Source: Mobula hypostoma (lineage: Eukaryota). Taken from it: a DNA stretch of 64,000 nt. Numbering within the stretch: position 1 is the stretch's first letter; every line of letters starts with the position of its first letter. Below the pieces are notes generated by a model. That model was not told where the DNA came from. It was given only the letters and a program-made list of their open reading frames with translations, and ran no database searches. The stretch is taken from assembly GCF_963921235.1 (NCBI RefSeq), contig NC_086098.1:1302001-1366000 (forward strand), in the 5' to 3' direction. Positions 10,410 to 24,524 of the stretch are shown piece by piece. The position numbers and the translations under genes were made by a program.

Positions 10410-13400
10410 GACGAGAATTAGGCCATCTGGCCCATCAAGTCTGCTCTGCCATTCAATCATGGATGATTTTTTTTTCCATCTCCTCATCAACCCCAGTTCC
10501 CGGCCTTCTCCCCGTAACGTTTGATTCCATGTCCTATCAAGAACCTATCAATCTCTGCTTTAAATAGATCCAACAACCTGGCCTCCACAGCTGCATGTGG
10601 CAACAAATTCTACAAATTCACCACCCTTTGGTAAAAAAATTTCTCCACAGCTGTTTTGAAAGGGAGCCCCTCTATCCTGAGTCTGTGTCCTCTGGCCCTA
10701 GGCTCTCCCACCATATGAAACATCCTTACCACATCTACTCTGTCTAGGCCTTTCAACATTCAAATGGTTTCAATGAGATCCCTCTTATCCTTCTGAATTC
10801 CAGCGAGTGCAGACCCAGAGCCATCAAACGTTCCTCATATGATAACTCTTTCATTCCTGGAATCATCCTTGTGAACCTCCCCTGGACCTTCTCCAATGCC
10901 AGCACACCTTTACTAAGATGAGGGGCCCAAAACTGTTCACAATACTCAAAGTGAGGCCTCACCAGTGCCTTATAAAGCCTCAGCATCACATCCTTGCTCT
11001 TGTATTCTCGACCTCTTGAAAGGAATGCTAACATGCCATTTGCCTTCCTCACCACCAACTCAACCTGTGTAAACCTTCAGGGTGTTCTGCACAAGGACTC
11101 TCAAATCCCTCAGCATCTCAGATTCCCGGATTTTCTCCCTGTTTAGAAAATAGTCTGGACAATTATTTCTGCTAGTAAAGTGCATGACCATGCATTTTCC
11201 AATATTGTATTTCATTTGCCACTTTCTTTCCCATTTTCCTAATCTAAGTCCTTCTGCAGCCGACCTGTTTCCTCAACACTACCAATCTCCTTATCATCTG
11301 CAAACTTGGCAACAAAGCCATCTATTCCATCATTTAAATCATTTATATACAGCATAAAAAGAAGTGGTCCCAGCACTAACCCCTATAGAACACAACTAAT
11401 CACTGGTAGCCAACCAGAAAAGGATCATTTTATTCCCACTCGTGCCTCCTACCAATCAGCCAAAGCTAATACCATGTTAGCAACTTTGCTGTAATACCAA
11501 GGGCTCTTGGTAGGCAGTATCCTGTGTGGCACCTTGTCAAAGGTATTCTGAAAATCCAAATATACAACATCCACTGCATCCCTTTTATCTATCCTACTTG
11601 TAATCTCCTCAAAGAACTCCAACAGGTTTGTCAGGCAGGATTTTCACTGAAAGAAAACATGCTGACTTTAAACATAGAAAATAGGTGCAGGAGTGGGCCA
11701 TTCAGCCCTTCGAGCCTGCACCGCCATTTATTATGATCATGGCTGATCATCCAACTCAGAACCCCGCCCCAGCCTTCCCTCCATACCCCCTGATCCCCGT
11801 AGTCACAAGGGCCATATCTAACTCCCTCTTAAATATAGCCAATAAACTGGCCTCAGCTGTTTCCTGTGGCAGAGAATTCCACAGATTCACCACTCTCTGT
11901 GTGAAGAAGTTTTTCCTAATCTCGGTCCTAAAAGGCTTCCCCTTTATCCTCAAACTGTGACCCCTCGTTCTGGACTTCCCCAACATCAGGAACAATCTTC
12001 CTGCATCTAGCCTGTCCAATCCCTTTAGGATTTTATACGTTTCAATCAGATCCCCCCTCAATCTTCTAACTTCCGAGTACAAGCCCAGTTCATCCAGTCT
12101 TTCTTCATATGAAAGTCCTGCATCCCAGGAATCAATCTGGTGAACCTTCTTTGTACTCCCTCTATGGCAAGGATGTCTTTCCTCAGATTAGGGGACCAAA
12201 ACTGCACACAATACTCCAGGCGTGGTCTCACCAAGGCCTTGTACAACTGCAGTAGTACCTCCCTGCTCCTGTACTTGAATCCTCTCGCTATAAATGCCAG
12301 CATACCATTCGCCTTTTTCACCGCCTGCTGTACCTGCATGCCCACTTTCAATGACTGGTGTATAATGACACCCAGGTCTCGTTGCACCTCCCCTTTTCCT
12401 AATCGGCCACCATTCAGATAATAATCTGTTTTCCTATTTTTTGCCACCAAAGTGGATAACTTCACATTTATCCGCATTAAATTGCATCTGCCATGAATTT
12501 GCCCACTCACCCAACCTATCCAAGTCACTCTGCATCCTCTTAGCATCCTCCTCACAGCTAACACTGCCACCCAGCTTCGTGTCATCCGCAAACTTGGAGA
12601 TGCTGTATTTAATTCCCTCACCCAAGTCATTAATATATATTGTAAACAACTGGGGTCCCAGCACTGAGCCTTGCGGTACCCCACTAGTCACCACCTGCCA
12701 TTCTGAAGAGGTCCCGTTTATTCCCACTCTTTGCTTCCTGTCTGCTAACCAATTCTCCATCTACATCAATACCTTACCCCCAATACCGTGTGCTTTAAGT
12801 TTGCACACTAATCTCCTGTGTGGGACCTTGTCAAAAGCTTTGTACTATCTTGTCCTGTGTTACCAAATACTCCATCACCTCATCCTTAACAATTGACTCT
12901 AACATCTTCCCAACCACTGAAGTCAGGCTAACTGGTCTATAATTTCCTTTCTGCTGCCTTCTTTCTTGAAGAGTAGAATGACATTTGCAAATTTCCAGTC
13001 CTCTGGCACCATGCCAGAGTCCAATGATTTTTGAGCACCTTCTCCCTTGTAATTGTAACTGCATTCACTTCTCTTCCCTCTCACCCTTCAACAGCTGGCA
13101 CACTGTGAGTGTCTTCTACAGTGAAGATTGATGCAAAATACTCATTTAGTTCATCAATCATCTTCTTGTGGTCCTATATCGACTATCATTTATTTTTAAC
13201 ATACTTGAAAAATCTTTTACTATCCACGTTGATATAATTTGCTAGCTTCCATTCATATTTCATCTTTTCCCTTCTAATGATTTTTTAGTTGCTCTCTGTA
13301 GGGTTTTAAAACTTTCCCAATCCTCTATCTTCCTACTAATTTTTGCTTTGTTGTCTGCCCTTTCTTTTGCTTTTACAATAGTTTTGACTTCCCTTGTCAG

Positions 13401-13697
13401 CCACGGTTGTACTATTTTACCATTTGAGTATTTTTTCATTTTTGTAATGCACGTGTCCTGCGCCTTCCTCACTTTTCCCAGAAATGCACACCATTGCTGC
13501 TCTGTTAATGTCCCTGCCAGCAACTCCAATTTAATTTGGCCAACCCCTCTCTTATACCACTGTAATTTCCCTTACTCCTCCAAACTACTGCTACATCAGA
13601 CTTTACTTTCTCTCCATCAAATTCCAAGTTGAACTGAATCATATTGTGATCACTGGTTCCCAAGGGTTTTTTTACCATAAGCTCCCTAATCGCCTCA
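10410..13697 (-). mobile_element. CR1 LINE ORF2/3' end, interrupted by a younger CR1 at 11670-12837
   Basis: Host sequence atgctgacttt at ~11669 resumes as tttgtactatc at ~12839; ORFs 10753..11058, 12831..13064, 13505..13714. Confidence 0.9.
11670..12837 (-). mobile_element. Nested 5'-truncated CR1 (same subfamily as 1298-2755)
   Basis: Tail aaacatagaaaatagg; ORFs 12434..12760, 12058..12684, 11756..12082. Confidence 0.95.
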
Positions 13698-13719
13698 GTG
13701 GTGCGTGGCAGCAATCCAA

Positions 13720-16700
13720 AAAATTTGGATACTTTTGTGGGGGGTTATCTCTCAGAAGAATGCCATGGCAACCAGGTTACAGGCACCAAGCATGGGACCG
13801 TGGTGCAGAAGGGAAAGAGAGAGAAGAAGGGAATGGTAGTGATAGGGGATTCAACAGGGAAACAGACAGGAGATTCTGTGGACGTGAATGGGACAACCGA
13901 TGGTATGTTGTCTCCCAGGTGGCAGGGTCAGGGATGTCTTAGATCTCATACACAACTTTTTGGAGAGGGAGGGGGAGCAGCCAGATGTCTTGGTACATAT
14001 TGGTACCAATGACATAGGAAAGAATAGAAATGAGGTCCTGAAAAGAAAATTTAGAGAGCTAGGTAGAAAGCTAAGAAGCAGGATTTCCTGGGTAGTAATT
14101 TCTGGATTGCCACCTGTGCCACGCACCAGTGAGGATAGAAGAAGGATGATTTAGCAGATAAATGTGTGGCTGAGAATTTGGTGCGGTAGGCAAGGCTTCG
14201 GGTTCTTGGATCATTGAGATCTCTTCTGGAGGAAGTATGACCTGTTCAAAAGTGATGGGTTGCACCTGAACCCAAGGGGGACCAACATTCGCAGAAGCAG
14301 GAGCTGTTAGGGAGGGTTTAAACTAACTTGGCAGTGGGGTGGGAACCGGAGTGAAGGGTAAAGGTAACGTGTAGTCAGATTGTCAGGAAGGGCAGGCAGG
14401 TGATGGGACTTAGTTGCAGCCAATGGGCTGAGTATCAAGTCATTAGGGATGCAGAGTCAGAAAGGACAACAAATACGGTCCTCAAGGTGTTGAATCTAAA
14501 TGTGCGTAGTACAAGAAATAAGGTGGATGATCTTGTTGCAGTATTACAGATTGCCAGGTATGACGTTGTGACCATCACTGAATCGTGGCTGAAGGATGGT
14601 TGTAGTGGCTGCAGAAAAGGAGGAGGTTAAAGAGGGATTGTCTACAGAGTCTCTGAAGGTGGAAGTTAAGAACAGGAAAGGGTCAATAACTCTACTGGGT
14701 GTTTTTTACAGATCATCCAATAGTAACAGAAACATCGAGGAGCAGATAGGGAGACATATTCTGGAACAGTGCAATAATAACAGGGTTGTTGTAATGGGAG
14801 ATTTTAATTTCCCCAATATTGATTGGCATCTCTCTAGAGCAAGGGGTTTAGATGGGGTGGAGTTTGTTAGATGTGTTCAGGTAGGTTTTCTGACACAATG
14901 TATGGATAAGCCTACAAGAGGAGAGACTGTACTTGATCTGGTATTGGGAAATGAACCTGGTTGGGTGTCAGGTCTCTCAGTGGGAGAGCATTTTGGAGAT
15001 AGTGATCACAATTCTATCTCATTTACCACAGCATTGGAGAGGGATAGGAACAGACAAGTTAGGAAATCGTTCAATTGGAGTAAGGGAGAATTTGAAGCTA
15101 TCAGGCAGGAACTTGAAAGCATAAATTGGGAACAGATGTTCTCAGGGAAATGTATGGCAGAAATGTGGCAAATGTTCAGGGGATATTTGCATGGCTTTCT
15201 GTATAGGTACATTCCAATGAGACAGAGAAGGTTGATAGGTACAGGAACCATGGTGTACAAAGACTGTTGAAAATCTAGTCAAGAAGAAAAGAAAAGCTCA
15301 CGAAAGGTTCAAAAACTAGGTAATGATAGAGATCTAGAAAATTATAAGGCTAGCAGGAAGGAGCTTAAGAATGAAATTAGGAGAGCCAGAAGGGGTCATG
15401 AGAAGACCTTAGCGAGCAAGATTAAGGAAAACCACAAAGCATTCTAAAAGTATCTGAGGAGCAAGAGGACAACGCTTATTGAGAATGTAAGGAGGCATGG
15501 GATCCAAGGGGACCTTGTTTTGCGGATCCAGAATTGACTTGCCCACAGAAGTTAAAGTGTGGTTGTAGATGGGTCATATTCTGCTTGGAGGTTGGTGACT
15601 AGTGGTGTGTCTCAGGGATCTCTTTTGGGACCCTACCCTTTGTGATTTTTATAAATGACCTGGATGAGGAAGTGGAGGGATAGGTTAGTAAATTTGCTGA
15701 TGACACAAAGGTTTGGGGTGCTGTGGATAGTGTGGAGGGCTGTCAGAGGTTACAGCGGGACATTGATAATATGCAAAACTGGACCGAGAGTGGCAGATGG
15801 AGTTCAACCCAGATAAGTGTGAGATGGTTCATTTTGGTAGGTCGAATATGATGGCAGAATATAGTATTAATGGTAAGACACTTGGCAGTGTGGAGGATCA
15901 GAAGGATCTTGGCTTCCGAGTCCACAGGACACTCAAAGCTGCTGCGCAGGTTGACTCTGTGGTTAAAAAGGCATATGGTGCATTGGCCTTCATCAATCAT
16001 GGGATGGAGTTTAAGAGCCGAGAGGTAATGTTGCAGCTATATAGGACCCTGGTCAGACCCCACTTGGAGTACTGTGCTCAGTTCTGGTCGCCTCGCTACA
16101 GGAAGGATGTGGAAACCGTAGAAGGGGTACAGAGGAGATTTACAAGGATGTTGCCTGGATTGGGGAGCATGCCTTATAAGAATAGGTTGAGTGAACTTGG
16201 CCTTTTCTCTTTGGAACGGTGAAGGATGAGAGGTGACCTGATCGAGGTGTAGAATATGATGAAAGATATTGATCGTGTGAATAGTCAGAGGCTTTTCCCA
16301 GGGCTGAAATGGCTAACACGAGAGGGCACAGTTTTAAGGTGCTTAGAAGTAGGTGCAAAGAGGACGTCAGGGGTAAGTTTTTTATGCGAAGAGTGGTGAG
16401 TGCATGGAACGGGCTGCTGGCGATGGTGGAGGAGTATGCAATAGGGTCTTTTAAGAGACTCCTGGATAGGTACATGGAGCTTAAAAAAATAGAGGACTAT
16501 GGGTAACCCTAGGTAATTTTTAAAGTAAGTACATGTTCGGCACAGAATTTTGGGCCAAAGTGCCTGTATTGTGCTGTAAGTTTTCTATGTTTCTATGATG
16601 TCCAAGGTTACACGTTATAACTGAGGGATAGGAAGGCAGGCAGAGTGGGTGGTGTGGCTCTGCTGGTAAAGAATGGTATCAAATCATTGGAAACATCTGA

Positions 16701-17296
16701 TATCGGATCGGAAGATGTTGAATCCTTGTGGGCTGAGTTAAGAAACTGAAATGGTAAAAGGACTTTGATGGCAGTTATATACAAGCTTCTCAACTGTGGC
16801 TGGCATGTGGACCACAGGTTACAAAAGGAAATAGAAAAGGTGAATCAAAAGGGCAATGTTATGGTAGTCATGGGAGATTTTAACATGCAGGTCGATTGGG
16901 AAAATCAGTTTGGTAATGGATCTCAAGAGAGTGAGTTTGTTGAATGCCTAAGAGATAGCTTTTTAGAGCAGTTTGTCGTTGAGCCTACTAGGGGATCCGC
17001 TATACTGGATTGGGTGTTATGTGATGAACTGAAGGCGATGAGGGAGCTTAAGGTAAAAGAACCCTTAGGCACCAGTGATCACAATATGATTGTGTTCAAT
17101 TTGAAATTTGATAGGGAGAAAGTGAATTCTGATGCAGCAGTATTTCAGTGGAGTAAGGGAAATTACTGTGGTATGAGAGACGAGTTGGCCAAAGTAAATT
17201 GGCAGGAGCTGCTGGCAGGGATGTCAGCAGAGCAGCAATGGGGTGTGTTTCAGGGAAAAATGAAGAAGGTGCAGGACATGTGTATTCCAAAAATGA
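13720..17296 (+). mobile_element. CR1 ORF1 esterase and endonuclease, interrupted by a CR1 at 14607-16597
   Basis: VVIGDS, CCLPGGRV, HIGTNDIG, LNVRS, GDFNMQ, SDHN; collinear with 32113-33700. Confidence 0.9.
14607..16597 (+). mobile_element. Nested CR1 with internal deletion (~15475) and 3' tail
   Basis: ORFs 14596..15270 and 15797..16222; tttctatgtttctatg tail. Confidence 0.9.
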
Positions 17297-18123
17297 AGAG
17301 GGCGTACAGGAGCGAGATATGCCAACGTGGAATGGTGCCACAGTAACAACCTGACACTCAATGTCAGTAAGATGAAAGAGCTGATTGTGGACTTCAGGAA
17401 GGGTAAGACAAAGGAACACATACCAATCCCCATAGAGGGATCAGAAGTGGAGTAAGTGAGCAGCTTCAAGTTCCTGGGTGTAAAGATCTCTGAGGATCTA
17501 ACCTGGTCCCAACACACTGATGTAGTTATAAAGAAGGCAAGACAGTGGCTATACTTTATTAGGAGTTTGAAGAGATTTGGCATGTCAACAAATACACTCA
17601 AAAACTTCTATGGTTGTACCATGGAAAGCATTCTGACAGGCTGTATCACTGTCTGGTATGGAGGAGCTACTACACAGAACCAAAAGAAGCTGCAGAGGGT
17701 TGTAAATCTAGTTGGCTCCATCTTGGGCATTAGCCTACAAAGTACCCAGGACATCTTTAGGGAGCGATGTCTCAGAAAGGCAGCGTCCATATTAAGGACC
17801 TCCATCATCCAGGGCATGCCCTTTTCTCATTGTTACCGTCAGGTAGGAGGTACAGAAGCCCGAAGGCACACACTCAGCAATTCAGGAACAGCTTCTTCCC
17901 CTCTGCCATCTGATTCCAAAATGAACACTACCTCACTTCTTTTTAATATACGGTATTTCTGTTTTTGCATGTTTTTTTAATCTATTCAATATATGTAATT
18001 GATTTACTTGTTTATTTATTATTATTTTTTTCTCTCTGCTAGATTACGTATTGCATCGAACTGCTGCTGCTAAGTTAACAAATTTCACGTCACATGCTGG
18101 TGATAATAAACCTGATTCTGATT
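17297..18123 (+). mobile_element. Rex1/Babar-type LINE 3' part
   Basis: ORF 17456..17980 FKFLGVKISEDLTWSQH...FYGCTMESILTGCITVWYG; (GATTCT)n tail. Confidence 0.85.
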
Positions 18124-18975
18124 CTTTCCCATAGATGCTGCCTGGCCTGCTGAGTTCCTCCAGCATTTTGTCTGTGTTACTCCTCTGTCAATCCTGCTTG
18201 TTATCTCTTCAAAGAATTCCAAATGAGGGGCAACCCTGTAAACCCTGCCAGAGCTGACGTGCATCTGATGTCACTTCCAACTTCACTCAGAATTGTTTTT
18301 TCGCTCTTGAAAAAGCTCTCCGCAAGTCATATCTGGTTTTCTTGTACAGACCTGAATAACCAGACTTAAATATTACAGGTCTAGCTCTCTGCAGATAACA
18401 AACTTTCTGGTTCATACATGGTTTCTGGTTTGTGAATGTACAGCAAGTTTTTGTAGGCACGTACAATAAAATTTTGTGTACATCTATCAAATCTTCTCGC
18501 AATCTTCTACATTTTACAGAATAAAGTCCTAACCTACTCATTTGTTAGCTACCTGTATAATGCAAGTCCTCCAGTCCTGGCAATATCCTTGTCAATTTTC
18601 TCTCTACTCTTTCAACCTTATTTACATTTTTCCTGTAGGTAGGTGACCAAAAGCAGGTGGTGAACAAGGCAAATGCAATGTTGGCACTCTTTTCAAGAGG
18701 ACAAGAATATAAAAGTAAGGATGTAATGTTGAGACCTAATAAAGGATTTGTGAGGCCTCACTTGGAGTATTTTGAACAGTTTTGTGCCTAAGAAAGGATG
18801 AGCTGAAACTCAAGAACTCAAAGTAGGTTCACAAAAATGAATCCAAGATTGAACGGCTTGTCATATGAAGAGCATTTGTTGGCTCTGATGTTGATTCACT
18901 AGAATTCAGAACAATGAGGGGTGACCAAATTGACATCTATCGAATGTTTAAAGTCCTCAATAGAGTGGATGTGCT
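18124..18975. mobile_element. Mosaic of short PLE, Rex1 (-) and CR1 (-/+) fragments
   Basis: catagatgctgcctggcctgctgag (PLE); FTNQKPCMN...RYDLRRAFSRAK (Rex1); CR1 C-terminal remnants. Confidence 0.7.
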
Positions 18976-18979
18976 AAAC

Positions 18980-19308
18980 CAGAGGTGTTCCTAAGGCAGC
19001 ATCTTCCAGACCCACGACCACTACCATCTAGAAGGACGAGAACAGCAGATACCAGGGAACACCACCACTTGGAAATCCTCTCCAAGTCAATCACCATCCT
19101 GACCTGAAAACATATTGCTGTTCCTTCACTGTCACTGGGTCAAAATCCTGGACTTCCCTCCATAACAGCACTGTGGGTGTACCTACACCTCAGGGACTCC
19201 AGTGGTTTAAGAAGGCAGCTCAACATCACCTTCTCAAGGGCAACTAGGGATGGGAAATCAATGCTGGCTTAGCTGGTGACGCCCACATCCTGCAAATGAA
19301 TAAATAAT
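18980..19308 (+). mobile_element. 3' end of a distinct L2/CR1-group LINE
   Basis: ...aaatcctggacttccctcc...tttaagaaggcagctcaacatcaccttctcaagg...gacgcccacatcctgcaaatgaataaat; LINE-like C-terminus and tail. Confidence 0.5.
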
Positions 19309-19309
19309 A

Positions 19310-19682
19310 AGAAGATCCTCAGAAAGAGATTAAATTAAATTAGATCCTCACAGAAAGATTAAATTAAATCAGAACCTCAGTGAGATTAAATTAAATCAAA
19401 TCCTCAGAGTGAGATTAAATTAAAACAAATCCTCAGAGTGAGATTAAATTAAACCAGTATCTCAGACTGAGGTAAATTAAACCAAATCCTCTGATTGAGA
19501 TTAAATTTTATTCAGTGGATCAGAGTGAGGTTAAATTAAATCAGAGTCTCAGAAGAGGATGAAACCAACCCAGATCCTCACAGTGAGATTAAATTAAACC
19601 ATATCGTCAGTGTGATTAATATAATCCAGATCATCAGAGTGAGATCAAATTAAATTTAAGCAGAGTGAGATCAAATCAAATT
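19310..19682 (+). repeat. 29-bp satellite array
   Basis: Degenerate tandem GAGTGAGATTAAATTAAACCAGATCCTCA. Confidence 0.9.
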
Positions 19683-22460
19683 AGTCTTGCCTGACTAACC
19701 TACTGCAATTTTTAAAGGAAATTACAAGCAGGGTAGACAAAGGAGATGCAGTAGATGTGGTGTACTTGGATTTTCAGGAGGCCTTTGGCAAGGTGCTTAT
19801 CCTGCTTAGCAAGATAAGAGCCCATGGAATTACAGGGGAGTTACTAGCGTGGGTGGAGCTTTGGCTAATCAGCAGAAAACAGAGAGTGGGACTAAAGGGA
19901 TCCTATTCTGGCTGACTGCTGGTTACCAGTGGAGTTCCACAGGAGTCAGTGTTGGGACCACTGCTGATTACAATGTATGTCAATGATTTGGACTATGGGA
20001 TTAATGGATTTGTGGCTAAACTTGCCAATGATACAAAGATAGGTGGAGGAGCGGGTAGTGTTGAGGAAACAGAGAGCTTGCAGAGAGACTTAGATAGTGT
20101 AGGGGAATGTGCAAAGAAGTGACAAATGAAATACAAATACCTGGTCGTGTGCTCAGAGTCTGTGCACAGCAGTTGGCCGGGGTCTTCACGGACATTTTTA
20201 ATCTGTCCCTGGCCCAGGCCGTTGTCCCCTTGAGCTTCAAGATCGCCACCATTATGCCAGTGCCGAAGTATTCCACTGCCACGGGCCTGAATGACTTCCG
20301 TCCAGTTGCACTCATCCCCATCATTGCAAAGTGCTTTGAGAGACTGGTTCTATCACATCTGAAATCCCGTCTGCCCTCTACCCTGGACCCCCATCAATTT
20401 GCCTATCGCACCAACAAGTCAATAGAGGATGCCATCTCCACTGCACTTCACTCTGCCCTGACCCACCTGGACAGCCCCAAATCTTATGTCAGAATGCTGT
20501 TCATTGACTTTAGTTTGGCATTCAATACTGTGATCCCCTCCAAGCTGATCACCAAACTTCGCCAGCTTGGTATCAGCTCACCCCTCTGCAATTGGACCTT
20601 GGACTTTCTGACTAACAGAACCCAATCAGTTAAGTTAGACAACCTCTCCTCCTCCACTCTCATCCTGAACACCGGCGTGCCGCAAGGCTGTGTGCTGAGA
20701 CCTCTTCTGTACTCCCTTTTCGCCTATGCATTCCTGTACATGATTTTAACTCCATAATCAAGTTCACAGATGACACCACGGTGGTTGGTCTGATCAGAGG
20801 GGATGATGAGACGGCCTACAGGGACGAGGTTCAGCACCTGGCTGCATGGTGTGCTGAGAACAACCAGGCCCTTAACACCCAGAAGACCAAGGAGATCATT
20901 GTGGACTTCAGGCATGCCAGGAGTCACACTCACGTCCCCATCTACATCAACGGAGCTGTAGTGGAGCGTGTATCAAGCTTCAATTCCTTGGTGTCCACAT
21001 TTCTGATGATCTCACCTGGTCGCTGAACTCCTCATCCTGATCAAAAAGGTGTAACAGCGCCTTTATTTCCTCAGGAGCATCAAGAAAGCTCACCTCTGTC
21101 CCAGGATACTGATGGACTTTTACCGCTGTACCATTGAAAGCATACTCACAATCTGCATCTCAGTGTGGTATGGAAATTGTCCCATATCAGACCGCAAAGT
21201 CCAGCGTGTGGTGAAAACTGCCCAGCAGATTATCGGCACCCAATTGCCCACCATTGAGAACATCTACCATAAACGCTGCTTGGCCAGGGCGAAGAGCATT
21301 ATCAGGGATGCATCTCACCCTAACCATGGACTTTTTACTCTCCTCCCTTCCGGTAGGTGCTACAGGAGCCTCCGCTCCCGCACCAGCAGGCACAGGAAGA
21401 GCTTCTTCCCTGAGGCTGTGACACTGCTGACCCTCACATCACAGCTCTAAGCAGTATTGCATCCGTATTGTACTGTCTCAGTACTTTTATATTTGTGTGC
21501 TGTAGCACTTTTTTTATTCGTAGTTATTTTGTAAATAACACTATTCTTTGCATTTCTGGTCAGATGCTAAATGCATTTCATTGGCTTTGTATCTGTACTT
21601 GGCACAATGACAATAAAGTTGAATCTAATCTAATCTAATCTAATCTAACCTAACAATGTTGGAAAGTGTATGGTCATGCACTTTGCTGTAAGAAATAAAT
21701 GGGCAGACTATTATTTAGTTGGGGAGAGAATTCAGAGACACAAAGGGACTTGGGAGTCCTTGTGCAGGATACCCTAAAGGTTTAACCTCCAGGTTGGGTC
21801 GGTGGTGAAGAAGGCAAATGCAATGTTGGCATTCATTTCTAGATGTATAGAATATAAGAGCAGGGATGTGATGCTGAGGCTCTACAAGGCACTTGTGAGA
21901 CCACACTTCGCAGTTTTTGGCTCCTTATTTTAGAAAGGATATACTGATATTGGAGAGGGTTCAGAGAAAATTAATGAAAATGATTCCAGGAATGAAAGGG
22001 TTACCATATGAGGAATGTCCGACAGCTCTTGGGCTGTATTCCCTGGAGTTCAGGAGAATGAAGGGGGATCTCATAGAAACATTCCAAATGTTAAAAGGCC
22101 TGAACAGATTAGACATGCAAAGTTATTTCCCCATGGTAGAGGAGTCCACGACAAGAGGGCACGACTTCAGGATTGAAGGACATCCATTTGGAACAGAGAT
22201 GTGGAGAAATTACTTTAGTCAGATGGTGGTAAATCTGTGGAATTTGTTGCCACAAGCCGCTGTGGAAGCCAAGTCATTGGGTGTATTTAAGGCAGAGGTA
22301 GATAGGTTCTTGATTAGCCAGGGCATCAAAGGGTATGGGTGAAAGCAGGGGAGTGGGGATGACTGGAAGAATTGGATGATCAGCCATGATTGAATGGCGG
22401 AGCAGACACGATGGGCCAAATGGCCTACTTCTGCTCTTACATCTTATGGTCTTATGGTCT
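19683..22460 (+). mobile_element. 5'-truncated CR1 interrupted by a Rex1 element
   Basis: RT motifs; gaaatacaa at ~20137 resumes as acaatgttggaaag at ~21653; (TCTTATGG)n tail. Confidence 0.9.
20139..21650 (+). mobile_element. Rex1/Babar-type LINE, 5'-truncated
   Basis: ORF 20107..20757 [36 protein letters not shown]; (AATCT)n tail. Confidence 0.9.
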
Positions 22461-22540
22461 AAATTTGAGACAGATTAAATTAAACCAAAGTATCACAGTG
22501 AGATTAAATTAAACCAGATCCTCAGAATGAGATTAAATTG

Positions 22541-24140
22541 AACCATAGAACCACAGAACCATAGAAACAACAGCACAGAAACAGGCCCTTTGGCCCTTCT
22601 TGGCTGTGCCGAACCATTTTCTGCCTAGTCCCACTGACCTGCACACGGACCATATCCCTCCATACACCTGCCATCCATATATCTGTCCAATTTATTCTTA
22701 AATGTTAAAAAAGAACCCGCATTTACCACCTCGTCTGGCAGCTCATTCCATACCTCCACCACTCTCTGTGTGAAGAAGCCCCCTCTAATGTTCCCTTTAA
22801 ACTTTTCCCCCCTCACCCTTAACCCATGTCCTCTGGGTTTTTTTCTCCCCTTGCCTCAGTGGAAAAAGCCTGCTTGCATTCACTCTATCTATACCCATCA
22901 TAATTTTATATACCTCTATCAAATCTCCCCTCATTCTTCTACGCTCCAGGGAATAAAGTCCTAACCTATTCAACCTTTCTCTGTAACTGAGTTTCCCAAG
23001 TCCCGGCAACATCCTTGTAAACCTTCTCTGCACTCTTTCAACCTTATTTATATCCTTCATGTAATTTGGTGACCAAAACTGAACACAATACTCCAGATTC
23101 GGCCTCACCAATGCCTTATACAACCTCATCATAACATTCCAGCTCTTATACTCAATACTTCGATTAATAAAGGCCAATGTACCAAAAGCTCTCTTTACGA
23201 CCCTATCTACCTGTGACGACACTTTTAGGAATTTTGTATCTGTATTCCCAGATCCCTCTGTTCCACTGCACTCCTCAGTGCCTTACCATTAACCCTGTAT
23301 GTTCTACGTTGGTTTGTCCTTCCAACGTGCAATACCTCACACTTGTCAGTATTAAACTCCATCTGCCATTTTTCAGCCCATTTTTCCAGCTGGTCCAAGT
23401 CCCTCTGCAGGCTCTGAAAACCTTCCTCACTGTCTACTACACCTCCAATCTTTGTATCATCAGCAAACTTGCTGACTCCAATTTACCACATTATCATCCA
23501 GATCAGTGATATAGATGACAAATAACAATGGACCCAGCACTGATCTCTGTGGCACACCACTAGTCACAGGCCTCCACTCAGACAAGCAATTCTCTACTAC
23601 CACTCTCTGGCTTCTTCCATCGAGCCAATGTCTAATCCAATTTACCACCTCTCCATGTGTACCTAACAACTGAATTTTCCTAACCAACCTCCCATGCGGG
23701 ACTTTGTCAAAGGCCTTACTGAAGTCCATGTAGACAATATCCACTGCCTTCCCTTCATCCACTTTCCTGGTAACCTCCTCGAAAAACTCCAACAGATTGG
23801 TCAAACATGACCTACCACGCACAAAGCCATGTTGACTCTCCCTAATAAGCCCCTGTCTATCCAAATGCTTATAGATTCTGTCTCTTAGTACTCCCTCCAA
23901 TAACTTACCTACCACTGACATTAAACTCACCGGCCTAAAATTTCCCGGATTACTTTTCGATCCTTTTTTAAACAACGGAACAACATGAGCCACTCTCCAA
24001 TCCTCCGGCACTTCACCCATAGACATCGACATTTTAAATATTTCTGCTAGGGCCCCCGCAATTTCAACACTAGTCTCCTTCAAGGTCCAAGGGAACACTC
24101 TGTCAGGTCCCGGGGATTTATCCACTTTAATTTTCCTCAA
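22541..24140 (-). mobile_element. 5'-truncated CR1 inserted in satellite
   Basis: ORFs 23460..24140, 22797..23222; (aaccatag)n tail at left; satellite on both sides. Confidence 0.95.
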
Positions 24141-24515
24141 GTCTCAGAGTGGAATTAAATTAAAGCAAAGATACAGAAGGAGATTAAATTACACCAGTAT
24201 CTCAGAGTGAGATAAATTAAACCAGATCCTCTTGTTGAGATTAACTAAAAGCAGAGTATGAGAGTGAGTTTAATTTAAACCAGAGCTTCACACTGATTAA
24301 ATTAAACCAGAATCACAGACTAAGATTAAATTTAACTGGTGTCTCAGAGTCAGATTATATAAAATCAGCGGCTCTGAGCGAGATTAAATTAAATGAGGTT
24401 CAGAATGACATTAAATTATAGCAGGGTCTCAGAGCGAGATTAAATTAAAACGGTCTCAGAGTGAGATGAAACCTTGCGAGATCCTCAGAGTGATATTAAA
24501 TTAAACATTAAAATT
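24141..24515 (+). repeat. 29-bp satellite array
   Basis: Tandem degenerate monomers; a short piece also lies at 22461-22540. Confidence 0.9.
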
Positions 24516-24524
24516 AAAATTAAA